A DNA stretch of 64,000 nucleotides from Terriglobia bacterium (GCA_041480265.1 JBGOZP010000009.1:20952-84951); one strand, 5' to 3'. Counted from the first letter of the stretch, positions 48,888-60,004 are shown. A program made the numbers and translations. Notes: generated by a model from the letters alone, not told the origin.

Positions 48888-50192
48888 TGGCGTCGCGGAG
48901 CACGCAAACTATCGTCGCGGTCGTGGCCATCGTCGCGCTCGAAGCCGTGTTTGCCGTGATGGCGCGCCTCGGAGATATGGCCGGGCACATTCCCGAATTC
49001 ATGGCCCTGGCGCTGGGCGCCGGCGTGCTCTACTTCATCGCGCTCTACGCGCTCGAGCACACGCGAGACAGCCGTGCCGTGCTGTGGCTCGTCCTGCTGG
49101 GCGCGCTCGCGTTTCGCCTGACGATGTTTCCCTACCCGCCGTCGCTTTCGACTGACGTCCACCGGTACCGATGGGACGGCCACGTGCAAAACGCGGGCTG
49201 GAATCCGTATGCCGTGGCGCCCACCGACCCGCGCCTTGCGCCGCTGCGCGATCCGGGATGGTACGTGATGCCCGCGCCGGAAATTCCCACGATGTACCCG
49301 CCGCTGTCTGAGCTTGTGTTCCGCGCGACGTGGCGCGTGCTGCCGGGCCCGGTTGGCTTCAAACTGCCATTTCTGCTCGCCGATCTAGCTGTCGCGGCGA
49401 TGCTTGCCGGGTGGGTCCGTTCGACTGGGGGACGGAACTACCAGGCAGCGATCTACGCCTGGAATCCGTTGGTCGTGGTCGAATTCGCATCGAGCGGCCA
49501 CAACGACGCGCTCGCCATCGCCGGGGTCGTCGCTACACTCCTCATTATACGAAGGTATCCGGTGGTGTCAACGCTGACGCTGACTGCCGGGGCGCTTTCG
49601 AAAGCCTTTCCTGCCGTGCTGCTTCCGCTGGCGCTTTTTCGCGCGGGCTGGCCCCGGCGGCTGCGTGGGTGGATGGCCGCAACGTCCTCGGTGGCGTTGG
49701 CTGCGCTGTGCGCCTGGCCGTTCCGCGCCGGCTGGCGGGAGTTTCTAGCAATGCTGAAGTATTACCAGGTGATCTGGCGAAACTACAATTCCAGCATCTA
49801 CCCGGTTCTATTGTGGATGTCCGGCTCGCATGAGGTTGCCGCGGGAATCGGCGAAGGCGTCGTGCTTGGGCTTGCTCTGTGGCTGGCTTTGCGGCGTGCC
49901 GACCCGACGCGCGCCGCGTTTCTTCTGATCGGCACAGTGCTGCTGTTCGCGCCCAACGGCTATTCGTGGTATTTCACCTGGATCGTGCCGCTGCTGTGCT
50001 TCTACCCGAGCGCGGCGTGGCTGCTGCTCACCGTGCTGCAGTTTCTCTCCTACAAAATTTTCATCAACTACCGCGCGCTCGGCGACTGGCAGTTCGATCC
50101 CTTCTTCCAGTGGCTGACCTATGCGCCGTTCTACGTTCTTCTGGTTTGGGAGATTCTTCGCGGCAAGCGGCGTGTTGAAGGGATGAGCGCGA

Positions 50193-50203
<11 letters not shown>
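48854..50203 (+). CDS. polytopic membrane protein, GT-C-like (DUF2029/PIG-M/PimE-like) putative glycosyltransferase
   Basis: About 10+ hydrophobic segments. The first loop, TDVHRYRWDGHVQNAGWNPY...MYPPLSELVF, resembles the acidic/aromatic loop of polyprenyl-phosphate-sugar dependent GT-C enzymes. Start uncertain. Confidence 0.5.
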
Positions 50204-51359
<1,156 letters not shown>

Positions 51360-51365
51360 ACCGCC

Positions 51366-51406
51366 GGCCCCTCTCTTATCGGGGCAAGCAGGATGCCGAC
51401 GCTACA
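51366..51406. repeat. partial TGTAGCGCC-type element (one hairpin plus terminus)
   Basis: gcccctctcttatcggggc aagcaggatgcc gacgctaca. Confidence 0.35.
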
Positions 51407-51408
51407 CT

Positions 51409-52302
51409 TTACCTCGGGTGCGCGATGGCCACTGCCGCGCCCCAGAACAGCAAGAACAAGAGACTAATATAACCGTTCACCGCAAAAAACGCAGCATTCA
51501 TCCGGCTCAAGTCGTCCGGGGATACCAGCGAATGCTCGTAGGCGAGCAAGGCGGCCACAACGGCAACCCCTGCCCAGGCGGGCCACGGCAGGTGGAAGCT
51601 CCACGCCAGCCAGGCCAGCAGCGCGATCATCACGACGTGCATGGCGCGGGCAATGGCGAGGGCTCGCGCGATGCCGAAACGCTTGGGCACGGAAAAAAGC
51701 CCCGCCGACTTGTCATACTCGATGTCCTGGCACGCGTAGAGCACATCGAAGCCGCCGACCCAGAGCGTTACCCCGGCGCAGAGAATCACCATGCGCGCGT
51801 CGAGCGAGCCGGCAATCGCGATCCACGCCGCCGCGGGCGACATCCCCAGGCAAAACCCCAGCACCAGGTGCGACCACGCCGTGAACCGCTTGGTGTAGGA
51901 GTAGAAAAACAGCACGGCGAGCGCGACAGGAGAGAGTTCGAACGCGAGAAGGTTCAATTGCCACGCCGCGATCACCAGCACCGCGGAGGCCGCAACCGCG
52001 AATCCCCACGCAAAACCTACCGAGAGCGCTCCGATCGCGAGGGCGCGCGCTCGCGTGCGAGGATTCTCACGGTCGTAGCGCAGATCGATGATGCGGTTCA
52101 TCGTCATCGCCGCGGAGCGCGCTCCCACCATCGCGACGACGATCCACGCAATCTGCCGCCAGGACGGCCAGCCCGGCGCCATGCCCGGAATCGAGGGATA
52201 GCGCGCCGCCAGAAGCGCTCCGGTCAACGCAAACGGCAGCGCAAAGACAGAGTGCTCGAACTTGATCATTTCGAGAATTGTGCGGATGCGGCTCGCGCTC
52301 AC
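51409..52302 (-). CDS. UbiA-family aromatic prenyltransferase
   Basis: IKFEHSVFALPFALTGALLA...NRIIDLRYDRENPRT (NxxxDxxxD) and about 8 TM helices. Confidence 0.8.
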   Translation of the reverse strand: MSASRIRTILEMIKFEHSVFALPFALTGALLAARYPSIPGMAPGWPSWRQIAWIVVAMVGARSAAMTMNRIIDLRYDRENPRTRARALAIGALSVGFAWGFAVAASAVLVIAAWQLNLLAFELSPVALAVLFFYSYTKRFTAWSHLVLGFCLGMSPAAAWIAIAGSLDARMVILCAGVTLWVGGFDVLYACQDIEYDKSAGLFSVPKRFGIARALAIARAMHVVMIALLAWLAWSFHLPWPAWAGVAVVAALLAYEHSLVSPDDLSRMNAAFFAVNGYISLLFLLFWGAAVAIAHPR

Positions 52303-52320
52303 CGGCAGGCTCCGGAAGAT

Positions 52321-52440
52321 TCACCACAGAGGACACAGAGAGCACAGAGAAAAGCATAAGAAACATTCTTCATATACGAACCATCGCTAAAAATAGGAAT
52401 GCCTCCGTGTCCTTTGTGTTCTCTGTGTTAAAGCTTTTTC
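52321..52440. repeat. CTCTGTG heptad family, open form (two inverted arms around an A/T-rich 46-nt spacer)
   Basis: caccacagaggacacagagagcacagagaaaagc ... cctccgtgtcctttgtgttctctgtgttaaagctttttc. Confidence 0.7.
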
Positions 52441-52467
52441 TGCCCAAGCCGCATGGGCGCGCATCAT

Positions 52468-53103
52468 TTACACTTCGTGGGCTTTGCCTTTTCTTTGTCC
52501 TTCCCAGCGGTACATCTGCTCCTGCGGCAATCCGATCTGCGCGAGAACGCGATAGACATATTGCGCGACCAGGTCGTCAATCGTCTTCGGCTGGTGATAG
52601 AACGACGGGATCGCCGGCATGACGACGGCGCCGGCCTGTTGCACGCGCAGCATGTTTTCCAGATGAATCCGGCTGAATGGCGTATCGCGTACGCAGAGCA
52701 CCAGGCGGCGGCCTTCCTTGAGGCAAACGTCAGCGGCGCGCGCGATCAGATCGTCGGCCGTTCCGGCGGCGATGGCCGCAAGCGTACCCACCGAGCAAGG
52801 AATTATCACCATGGCGTCCACCGGATAGCTGCCCGAGGCGATCGCTGCGCCGACGTCCTTGTTCGGCAAAACTTCGGTCTTTGCCGCGCGTCCTCCGATG
52901 AGCAGCGAGGGAAGCTGCTTGGCGTCGCTTGTGGCGATGCCCAACTCGTGCGCCAGCAGGCGCGCGCCCGTCTCGGTGACCACCAGATGAATGCGCGCCA
53001 CGCGCGGATCGGCTTCCAGCAGCCGCAGCGCGGCCTGCGCCAGCACGGCGCCCGATGCGCCGGTGACACCTACAACGACCGACTTGTGTTCCTCAGGATT
53101 CAT
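52468..53103 (-). CDS. ubiX: flavin prenyltransferase UbiX
   Basis: VVGVTGASGAVLA...MVIIPCSVGTLAAIAAG...DLIARAADVCLKEGRRLVL. Confidence 0.9.
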   Translation of the reverse strand: MNPEEHKSVVVGVTGASGAVLAQAALRLLEADPRVARIHLVVTETGARLLAHELGIATSDAKQLPSLLIGGRAAKTEVLPNKDVGAAIASGSYPVDAMVIIPCSVGTLAAIAAGTADDLIARAADVCLKEGRRLVLCVRDTPFSRIHLENMLRVQQAGAVVMPAIPSFYHQPKTIDDLVAQYVYRVLAQIGLPQEQMYRWEGQRKGKAHEV

Positions 53104-53149
53104 CGCTTTGCGCGGAAATTTCCAGTCTAGACAGCCCCTCGCACGAAAG

Positions 53150-54139
53150 TCAAGAAACGCGCATCAACACTTTCATCACCCCGGGCTTCTGTGCGTAGCG
53201 GATGGCTTCCGCCGCGTTTTTCAAATCAAAAACGTGCGAAATCAGCGGCCGCGGGTCCACGCGTTCCGAGCGCAGCAGGGTGAGCGCGGGCGCGAAAGGA
53301 CCGCAGCGCGAGCCGACTAAGGTAAGTTCCTTCACCACCAGCGGCCACGTTTCGACAGGCGCGGCGCCATGAAACGTGGACTTGAGCACCAGCGTGCCGC
53401 GCGGCACGGTGATTTGCTGCGCCATCGCCAGACCCGAGGGTGAACCGGTCGCTTCCACGACCAGCGAGAACGCGTCGGCGCGGCGCGACACGCGGCTGCC
53501 GGACTGCGCGGTCGCGATGCCCGCGAGGCGCGCCAGTTGCAACTTGCCCGTGTGCTTGCCGATCATCAGGACGCGCAGGCCCGCCGCGCGCAACACGCGC
53601 GCGATCAACTGCGCGAGTTTTCCGTCGCCGAGCACGCAGGCCTCGCGGTGGGCGCGGACGTTCACCTGTTCGAGGATCTCGCACGCCGCGGCCAGCGGCT
53701 CGGTGAACACGGCCGCGTCATCGGGGACGCCGCCGGGCACGCGGTGGAGATTCACGATCGGCAGCGCGAGAAATTCGGCGAAGGCGCCGTCGTGGCCCAC
53801 GATCCCCAGTACGCGGCGGCGCGCGCAATGCGTCGGAATTCCGCGCCGGCAATAACCGCACATCTTCCGAAGCCCCAGGCCCGCACATGCAAGATTGATT
53901 TCTCCGACGACGCGCCGCCCCATCCATCCCTCATCTTTTGCGCTGGCGACGCGCACGACCTCCCCCACGAATTCGTGGCCGAGCGTGCCATGAAAATTGT
54001 GATAGCCGCGCAGGATTTCGATATCCGTATTGCAGATTCCCGCCAGGCGCACGCGGACCAGGGCCCAGCCGGGCCTCAATCGCGGCTGCGGCTTTTGCGC
54101 CAGCGCAAGACGGTTATGACGTGTGACGGCGGCAAGCAT
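53150..54139 (-). CDS. zinc-dependent medium-chain alcohol dehydrogenase family
   Basis: GICNTDIEILRGY...GHEFVGEV. Structural-zinc Cys cluster C..GLGLRKMCGYCRRG. Start trimmed to MLAAVTRH because ATG 54160 lies in a repeat. Confidence 0.8.
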   Translation of the reverse strand: MLAAVTRHNRLALAQKPQPRLRPGWALVRVRLAGICNTDIEILRGYHNFHGTLGHEFVGEVVRVASAKDEGWMGRRVVGEINLACAGLGLRKMCGYCRRGIPTHCARRRVLGIVGHDGAFAEFLALPIVNLHRVPGGVPDDAAVFTEPLAAACEILEQVNVRAHREACVLGDGKLAQLIARVLRAAGLRVLMIGKHTGKLQLARLAGIATAQSGSRVSRRADAFSLVVEATGSPSGLAMAQQITVPRGTLVLKSTFHGAAPVETWPLVVKELTLVGSRCGPFAPALTLLRSERVDPRPLISHVFDLKNAAEAIRYAQKPGVMKVLMRVS

Positions 54140-54148
54140 TCGAATTTT

Positions 54149-54262
54149 GGCGGGCTCCACGCTTCATTTTTGTGGCGGGCTTCAAGTAAAGCCCGCGCCC
54201 GTGATGCCCTTCGCTTGAAGGGCTCACGGTAAACGTTCAGCGTAAAAGTAAAGCCCGCACCC
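54149..54262. repeat. REP-like long form carrying nested extra hairpins
   Basis: ggcgggctccacgcttca[tttttgtggcgggcttcaagtaaagcccgcgcccgtgatgcccttcgcttgaagggctcacggtaaa]cgttcagcgtaaaagtaaagcccgcaccc. Confidence 0.7.
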
Positions 54263-54399
54263 GGAAAGCATTGGAGCATAGGCCTCGGCGCCGGGCAACC
54301 CAGTCCGGACAAACGAACATTGCCTGTTCAGTACGGCTGGCTGCCGGGTGTGTTGACCGTACTTGCGGTTCCGCTTAACATCAAAAGACTCTACACACC

Positions 54400-55008
54400 A
54401 TGGCTAAAACTACTGACGAAGACTTGGGCCAGCTCGAGAAGGACATTCGCCAGCTCAAGATTGAATACGAGCAGTACTTCGGCGGAGGGAAGAAACGTCC
54501 GCCCACGGATCTCGAGTGGCGCATTGATGCCACGGTGAAGCGCTACGGCGATCGCGGCGCGAATATGAATTTTGGACAGCGATTCCGCTACAGCAATCTT
54601 ACCCAGATGTATTCGAAGTATCGCGAAATGTTCCGCAAGCGGCTAAAACAAAAGGAAGAGGGCATCGTGCAGCGGCATTTTGGCGCGGCAGCTCGGGAAA
54701 TTGAAAAAGAGAGGAAGGACAAGCAGTCCCACGAATCCCGGCTTGACACTGCGCAACATCCCTCCTTCACTATTTCCTGCACGGACTCTGACGACGACAT
54801 GAAAAAGGTGGAACAGCTCTACGCCGCCTTTCGCCACGCGAAGGAACAAGCAGGTGAAGCCACCGACCGGCTCACGCTTGAAACGTTTCAGCAGTTCGTC
54901 CGCCGGAAAGTCGACCAGCTTAAGGAGGAAAAGGGCGCGCATGAAGTCGAGTACGTTGTCGCCGTCGAAGGCAAGCACGTGCGGCTGAAAGCGCGCGTGA
55001 AATCCTGA
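54400..55008 (+). CDS. hypothetical charged/helical protein, 202 aa
   Basis: MAKTTDEDLGQLEKDIRQLKIEYEQYFGGGKKRPP... with no signal peptide and coiled-coil-like composition. No family assigned with confidence. Confidence 0.5.
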   Translation: MAKTTDEDLGQLEKDIRQLKIEYEQYFGGGKKRPPTDLEWRIDATVKRYGDRGANMNFGQRFRYSNLTQMYSKYREMFRKRLKQKEEGIVQRHFGAAAREIEKERKDKQSHESRLDTAQHPSFTISCTDSDDDMKKVEQLYAAFRHAKEQAGEATDRLTLETFQQFVRRKVDQLKEEKGAHEVEYVVAVEGKHVRLKARVKS

Positions 55009-55113
55009 TCGCGGCTTGTTTTCCTCCTTCCCGGCCAATTCCCAGTTCGCGCTTTTCGATTCCGGCCATCGCGCATACAATAATGTTTTCCCTGTCACCG
55101 TTCGGAGGATTCT

Positions 55114-56688
55114 GTGCCTGTGAAGCGCGCGCTGGTAAGTGTCTATGACAAGAGCGGACTTGCTGATTTTGTGCGGCAACTTGCCGCGTGCGGCATCGAG
55201 ATCGTTTCGACCGGAGGCACGGCGCAGCTGCTGCGCGAGGCGGGAATCGCCGTGCGCGACGTGTCCGAATTGACCGGATGGCCCGAGATGCTCGGCGGGC
55301 GGGTCAAAACTCTGCATCCGAAAGTTCATGGCGGGATATTGTTTCGCCGGGGCGATGCGGGCGACCGCCGGCAGACCGCCGAACACAATATCGCGCCGAT
55401 CGATCTGGTCGTCGTCAATCTCTATCCGTTCGAAGCCACTGCCGCCAAGCCGGATCTGACGCCCGAGGAACTGATCGAGAACATTGACATCGGCGGGCCG
55501 ACGATGGTCCGGTCGGCCGCGAAGAATTTCGAAAGCGTCGCGGTGGTGACCGACCCAGCCGACTACGCCGCGGTCGCCACCGAAATCGCATCGCGCGGCG
55601 AAGTGGGCCTCGCGATGAGGCTCGACCTGGCGCGCAAGGCGTTTGCCCAGACCGCGCGCTACGACGGAAAAATCGCCACGGAACTCGAACGCCTCTCCGC
55701 TGACACTGGCTCCATCGGACTCGGTCCGCGTCCCGCGCTACCTGCCCGGCTGCACTTCGCATTCACGCGCCGGCAAGAGTTGCGTTACGGTGAGAATCCA
55801 CACCAGCGCGCCGCTCTATACACGCCCGCGGGGACTGCCGCCTCGGGACTCTCTGGAGCGCACCAGCTGCAAGGCAAAGAGCTTTCCTACAACAATCTGG
55901 TGGACCTGGAAGCGGCCCTTGCACTCGCCGGGGAATTTCGCCGGCCCGCCGCGGTCATCGTGAAGCACAACAATCCGTGCGGCACGGCCGAACAGGATAC
56001 GCTGGTGGAAGCCTATACAAAGGCTCTGGCCTGCGACCCGATTTCCGCGTTCGGCGGCGTGATGGCGTTCAACCGTCCGGTCGACCTCGCGACCGCCGAA
56101 GAAGTGGCAAAGCTCTTCGTCGAGTGCATTATTGCGCCGGGTTATGAACCGGCGGCGCTCGAAAAATTTGCGGCCAAGAAAAATCTTCGGCTGCTGCAGC
56201 TTCCTGCGAGCGATATTTCCGGGCGAGACGCCGAGTGGGAACTCAAACGGATTTCCGGCGGCGTCCTCGTGCAGGAGCAGGATCGCCACGAACTCGCCGC
56301 GGATGATCTGAAGGTGGTCACGCGGCGAGCGCCCAGCCGCGAGGAAGTTGACGCGCTGCTGTTCGGCTGGAAAGTATGCAAATACGTGAAGTCGAACGCC
56401 ATCGTCTTCGCGCGCGCCGGGCAGACCGTCGGCGTCGGCGCGGGACAAATGAGCCGCGTGGATTCGGTGAAAATCGCGGTGATGAAAGCGCAGTTGCCGC
56501 TGGCCGGCAGCGTGGTGGCTTCGGACGCTTTTTTCCCGTTCCCCGACGGCGTCGAAGAAGCTGCGAAGGCCGGCGCCACGGCCGTGATTCAGCCGGGCGG
56601 CTCGGTCCGTGACCCGGACGTGATCGCTGCCGCCGACCGGCTGGGCCTCGCGATGGTTTTCTGCGGCGTGCGGCATTTCCGGCACTAA
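55114..56688 (+). CDS. purH: bifunctional AICAR transformylase / IMP cyclohydrolase
   Basis: KRALVSVYDKSGLADF...STGGTA...VKTLHPKVHGGIL. GTG start with a ggagga RBS. Confidence 0.95.
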   Translation: MPVKRALVSVYDKSGLADFVRQLAACGIEIVSTGGTAQLLREAGIAVRDVSELTGWPEMLGGRVKTLHPKVHGGILFRRGDAGDRRQTAEHNIAPIDLVVVNLYPFEATAAKPDLTPEELIENIDIGGPTMVRSAAKNFESVAVVTDPADYAAVATEIASRGEVGLAMRLDLARKAFAQTARYDGKIATELERLSADTGSIGLGPRPALPARLHFAFTRRQELRYGENPHQRAALYTPAGTAASGLSGAHQLQGKELSYNNLVDLEAALALAGEFRRPAAVIVKHNNPCGTAEQDTLVEAYTKALACDPISAFGGVMAFNRPVDLATAEEVAKLFVECIIAPGYEPAALEKFAAKKNLRLLQLPASDISGRDAEWELKRISGGVLVQEQDRHELAADDLKVVTRRAPSREEVDALLFGWKVCKYVKSNAIVFARAGQTVGVGAGQMSRVDSVKIAVMKAQLPLAGSVVASDAFFPFPDGVEEAAKAGATAVIQPGGSVRDPDVIAAADRLGLAMVFCGVRHFRH

Positions 56689-56748
56689 CTCGACGAGTAC
56701 GGTTTTCCCTTATGGATAGGCAGGAATCCCAGCCGGAAGCCGATACAC

Positions 56749-56812
56749 GGGTGGGGGCTCCACTTGGAGCCCGCCAGAATGAAGACGGGGTTCCGCTTGG
56801 AGCCCGCCAGAA
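56749..56812. repeat. REP-like short copy plus degenerate half copy
   Basis: gggtgggggctccacttggagcccgccagaa and ggggttccgcttggagcccgccagaa. Confidence 0.7.
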
Positions 56813-56974
56813 TAGAGGGGAACCATAAGGCCGCACCATGCATCAAAAAAGATGTGGGCGGTTCTGGGCCGGTTGATCCTGGAGTCACCCGGCGCAGTAC
56901 TGGCCTAGAAACTTGTTTTCTGAACCGTTTTGATCCCCGCCGTAGAGTGGCGGATAATTTTTTACGTGGACTTG

Positions 56975-59074
56975 ATGAAAACCAGCCAACAGCTCGCCGT
57001 ACTCCTGCTTGCGCTGATCGCCGTGGCAGGGCCTCGCGCCGCCGCTGCGCGACAATCCAATCGGCCGTCTCCCGCAAACCCAAAGGCCGCCACGCAGTCT
57101 GGTAAGCCGGCTGACGTGGATCAGCGCGCTGAAGCCTATTACGATTTCACGCTCGGACACTATTACCAGCAGCAATACGAAGCCACCAGTCATGCGGAAG
57201 ACGCCAATCGGGCGATCGCCTTTTACAAGAAAGCTTACGCACTCGATCCGAACAGCCAGCGGATCAGCGAAGAGCTTGCCGAAATCTATTTTCAATCCCA
57301 ACGCATCCGTGACGCGGTCCTCGAAGCGCAGTCGATCATCGCCAAGGATCCGGACAATTTGCCTGCGCGGCGTCTGCTGGCGCGAATTTATGTCCGCACG
57401 CTGGGCGATCTGAGCGATACGTCCGGACAGCGCGACACGCTGGTTCGCGCGGCCGAGCAGTACCGCGAAATCATGCGGCTCGACCCTGCCGATACCGATG
57501 CCGCATTGTGGCTCGCGCGGCTCTACCGCCTGCAGAACGATCACGACAAGGCGGAAGGCGTCCTGCGCGCCTTGCTCGCGCGCGAACCGGAAAACGAAAA
57601 TGCCGTCGAGCAACTGACGCAACTCCTGCTCGACGAAGGGAAATCGCAGGAGGCCATCTCCTCGCTTAAGGGTATCCTGGACCGCGCCCCCACGCCGCGG
57701 CTGTGGGATCTCTACGGCGAGGCGTACACCCAGATCCATGATCTTTCGAACGCCGAACAGGCGTACCGGAAAGCCGCGGAAGCTCAGCCCGGCGACATCA
57801 ACCACCGCCGGGGGCTCGCGCAAACACTCCTGAATGAACAAAAATATCCGGAAGCGCTCGAACAATATCAACGTCTGGCGGAAATGGATGCGGAAGACCC
57901 GGACACCTATCTGCGCCTGGCCGAGATTTACCGTCAACTGAAGCAACTCGACAAGGCTGAACAGAACGTTCTGCTCGCAAAGCAACGCGCCCCGGGCAAT
58001 GTGGAAGTGATTTACTACGAGTCCTCGATCTATCAAGCCGAGGGCCGCTTCGAAGACGCCATCCGCGTGCTCTCTGACGCGGTGACCGGCGTGAAGGCAC
58101 AGTCGGAGTTCGCGCCGGCGCGGCGGCGCACCCTCGCCATCCTGTACCAGCAGCTTGGACAACTTTACCGGGAGGTGAGCAACTACAGCGCGGCGGTGAA
58201 CACGTTCGAAGAGATGCTGCGCCTGGGATCCGAGGAAGATCGCCGGGCGCGTTTGATGATCATTGACACCTACCGCGCCGCGCGTGACGTCCCGAAAGCG
58301 CTCGAGGCCTCGCGCAAGGCCATCGAAGCCTACCCGAAGGATCGCGCGATCCGGACCAGCCAGGCATTGCTCTACAGCGAGAGCGGGCAGACCGATCAAG
58401 CCGTCTCGCAACTTCGCCAATTGCTGGATGGCACGGCGGCCGATTTTGAAATTCAGCTCGACCTCGCTCAGGCATATCAACAGGGGCGGCGCTGGCCCGA
58501 AGCCGAGCAGGCCGTTCATGCCGCGGAAAAGATCGCCCCTCAATCTTCCGACAAGGAAATGGCGGGTTTCCTGCTTGGCGCGATTTTCGAACGGCAGAAG
58601 AAGTTCGACCAGGCCGAGGAGCAGTTCCGCCAAGTGCTCAAAGAAAATTCCCGCAACCCCGCGGTGCTTAATTATTACGGCTACATGCTGGCCGACCGGG
58701 GGATCCGCCTGGAGGAAGCCACGGACCTGATTAAGCGCGCGCTTGCCGAAGACCCCGCCAATCCCGCCTATCTGGACAGTCTCGGCTGGGCCTATTTCAA
58801 ACAGAATAAGTTTTCCGAAGCGGAAGAATTGCTGCGGAAGGCAGCCGTCCGCGAGAGTCACGATCCCACCATTCTGAGTCACCTCGGCGACCTTTACTCC
58901 AAGACCGGCAAGGACAATCTCGCGGAGGCGCAGTGGCAGAAATCGGCCGAAGAATGGCGCCGCGTGCTTCCGGGAAATTTCGAGGCGGACAAGGCCGCGG
59001 AAGTGGAACAAAAAATCTCCGCTCTAAAGCGCCGTCTCGCGCAGCAGAAATCCCCGGGAGACATCAAGCCGTAG
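56975..59074 (+). CDS. secreted multi-TPR repeat protein
   Basis: MKTSQQLAVLLLALIAVAGPRAAAA signal, then many 34-aa TPR units (..AIAFYKKAYALDPNS.., ..AEQAYRKAAEAQPGD..). Confidence 0.75.
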   Translation: MKTSQQLAVLLLALIAVAGPRAAAARQSNRPSPANPKAATQSGKPADVDQRAEAYYDFTLGHYYQQQYEATSHAEDANRAIAFYKKAYALDPNSQRISEELAEIYFQSQRIRDAVLEAQSIIAKDPDNLPARRLLARIYVRTLGDLSDTSGQRDTLVRAAEQYREIMRLDPADTDAALWLARLYRLQNDHDKAEGVLRALLAREPENENAVEQLTQLLLDEGKSQEAISSLKGILDRAPTPRLWDLYGEAYTQIHDLSNAEQAYRKAAEAQPGDINHRRGLAQTLLNEQKYPEALEQYQRLAEMDAEDPDTYLRLAEIYRQLKQLDKAEQNVLLAKQRAPGNVEVIYYESSIYQAEGRFEDAIRVLSDAVTGVKAQSEFAPARRRTLAILYQQLGQLYREVSNYSAAVNTFEEMLRLGSEEDRRARLMIIDTYRAARDVPKALEASRKAIEAYPKDRAIRTSQALLYSESGQTDQAVSQLRQLLDGTAADFEIQLDLAQAYQQGRRWPEAEQAVHAAEKIAPQSSDKEMAGFLLGAIFERQKKFDQAEEQFRQVLKENSRNPAVLNYYGYMLADRGIRLEEATDLIKRALAEDPANPAYLDSLGWAYFKQNKFSEAEELLRKAAVRESHDPTILSHLGDLYSKTGKDNLAEAQWQKSAEEWRRVLPGNFEADKAAEVEQKISALKRRLAQQKSPGDIKP

Positions 59075-59090
59075 TAGCATACCTCTCGCC

Positions 59091-59990
59091 ATGAAATGCG
59101 TCCGTGTTCCGGCATACGCTAAAGTCAACCTGCGTCTCGATATTCTCGGGCGGCGCGCGGACGGCTATCACGAGCTGCGCACCATCTTCCAGACGATCTC
59201 TCTGCACGATACCCTTGTGCTCGAAGCGAGCCGGGACGCGCGCGTCGAGCTGCGCATCCTCGGAGATTCCGCCTTGGCCGGCAAGCCTGGCCGCGACAAT
59301 CTCGTCTATCGGGCGCTCGATGCGCTGCGTCGCGAGCTTCGTCTCCGGCAGGGCGTCCGCGCCGTGCTCACCAAGCATGTCCCGGTGGGCCGGGGACTCG
59401 GCGGTGGTTCAAGCGACGCCGCCGCGGCGCTCCTGGGGTTCCTGCGCTTGACAGGAAAACGAATCGAAGCGGCCCGCCTGGCTGAGATTGCCTCGGGGCT
59501 TGGCGCCGATGTCCCGTTTTTCCTGCACGGTGGCCGGGCTCTCGGCATCGGCCGCGGGGATGAAATCTATCCATTGCCCGACGCGCCCGGCCGCGCGACG
59601 CTGGTTGTTTCGCCCCACGATGTCGCCGTGCCCACACGCGACGCCTACCAGTGGCTCGCGCAGCGATTGACAAAGCACCCGGACCCCTCTAAACTGTGGG
59701 GGTTCTGTGCTCAGTGCTGGAGCCCGCAGGGGAGCGCCCTCTCGAACGATTTTGAGGCGGCCGTTTTCCCGCGGTATACCCGGTTGGCTGCGATCAAGCG
59801 GGAGTTGCTTCGGCAAGGAGCTGCAGGGGCCTCGCTGGCGGGTAGCGGTTCGGCGGTGTTTGGAATATTCCAAAACCCAGCGAAGGCGCGTCGAGCTGCT
59901 CGGGCGTTTCCGAAGGATCAGGTTTTTGTCTGCTCGACTCTTTCGAGGGCAGAATACCGCCGTAAAGTGGGCGGGCCGGGTTTCGCCTGA
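59091..59990 (+). CDS. ispE: 4-diphosphocytidyl-2-C-methyl-D-erythritol kinase
   Basis: PAYAKVNLRLDILGRRADGYHEL...VPVGRGLGGGSSDAAAAL (GHMP kinase). Confidence 0.9.
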   Translation: MKCVRVPAYAKVNLRLDILGRRADGYHELRTIFQTISLHDTLVLEASRDARVELRILGDSALAGKPGRDNLVYRALDALRRELRLRQGVRAVLTKHVPVGRGLGGGSSDAAAALLGFLRLTGKRIEAARLAEIASGLGADVPFFLHGGRALGIGRGDEIYPLPDAPGRATLVVSPHDVAVPTRDAYQWLAQRLTKHPDPSKLWGFCAQCWSPQGSALSNDFEAAVFPRYTRLAAIKRELLRQGAAGASLAGSGSAVFGIFQNPAKARRAARAFPKDQVFVCSTLSRAEYRRKVGGPGFA

Positions 59991-60004
59991 ACAGTTCTAA
60001 AAGC

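Noticed and set aside
55009-55113. Possible riboswitches: ZTP/pfl upstream of purH, and FMN upstream of ribH at 22097-22126.
   Set aside because: The leaders are too short and lack the conserved cores of these riboswitch classes. ribH follows the crotonase gene by only about 30 nt.
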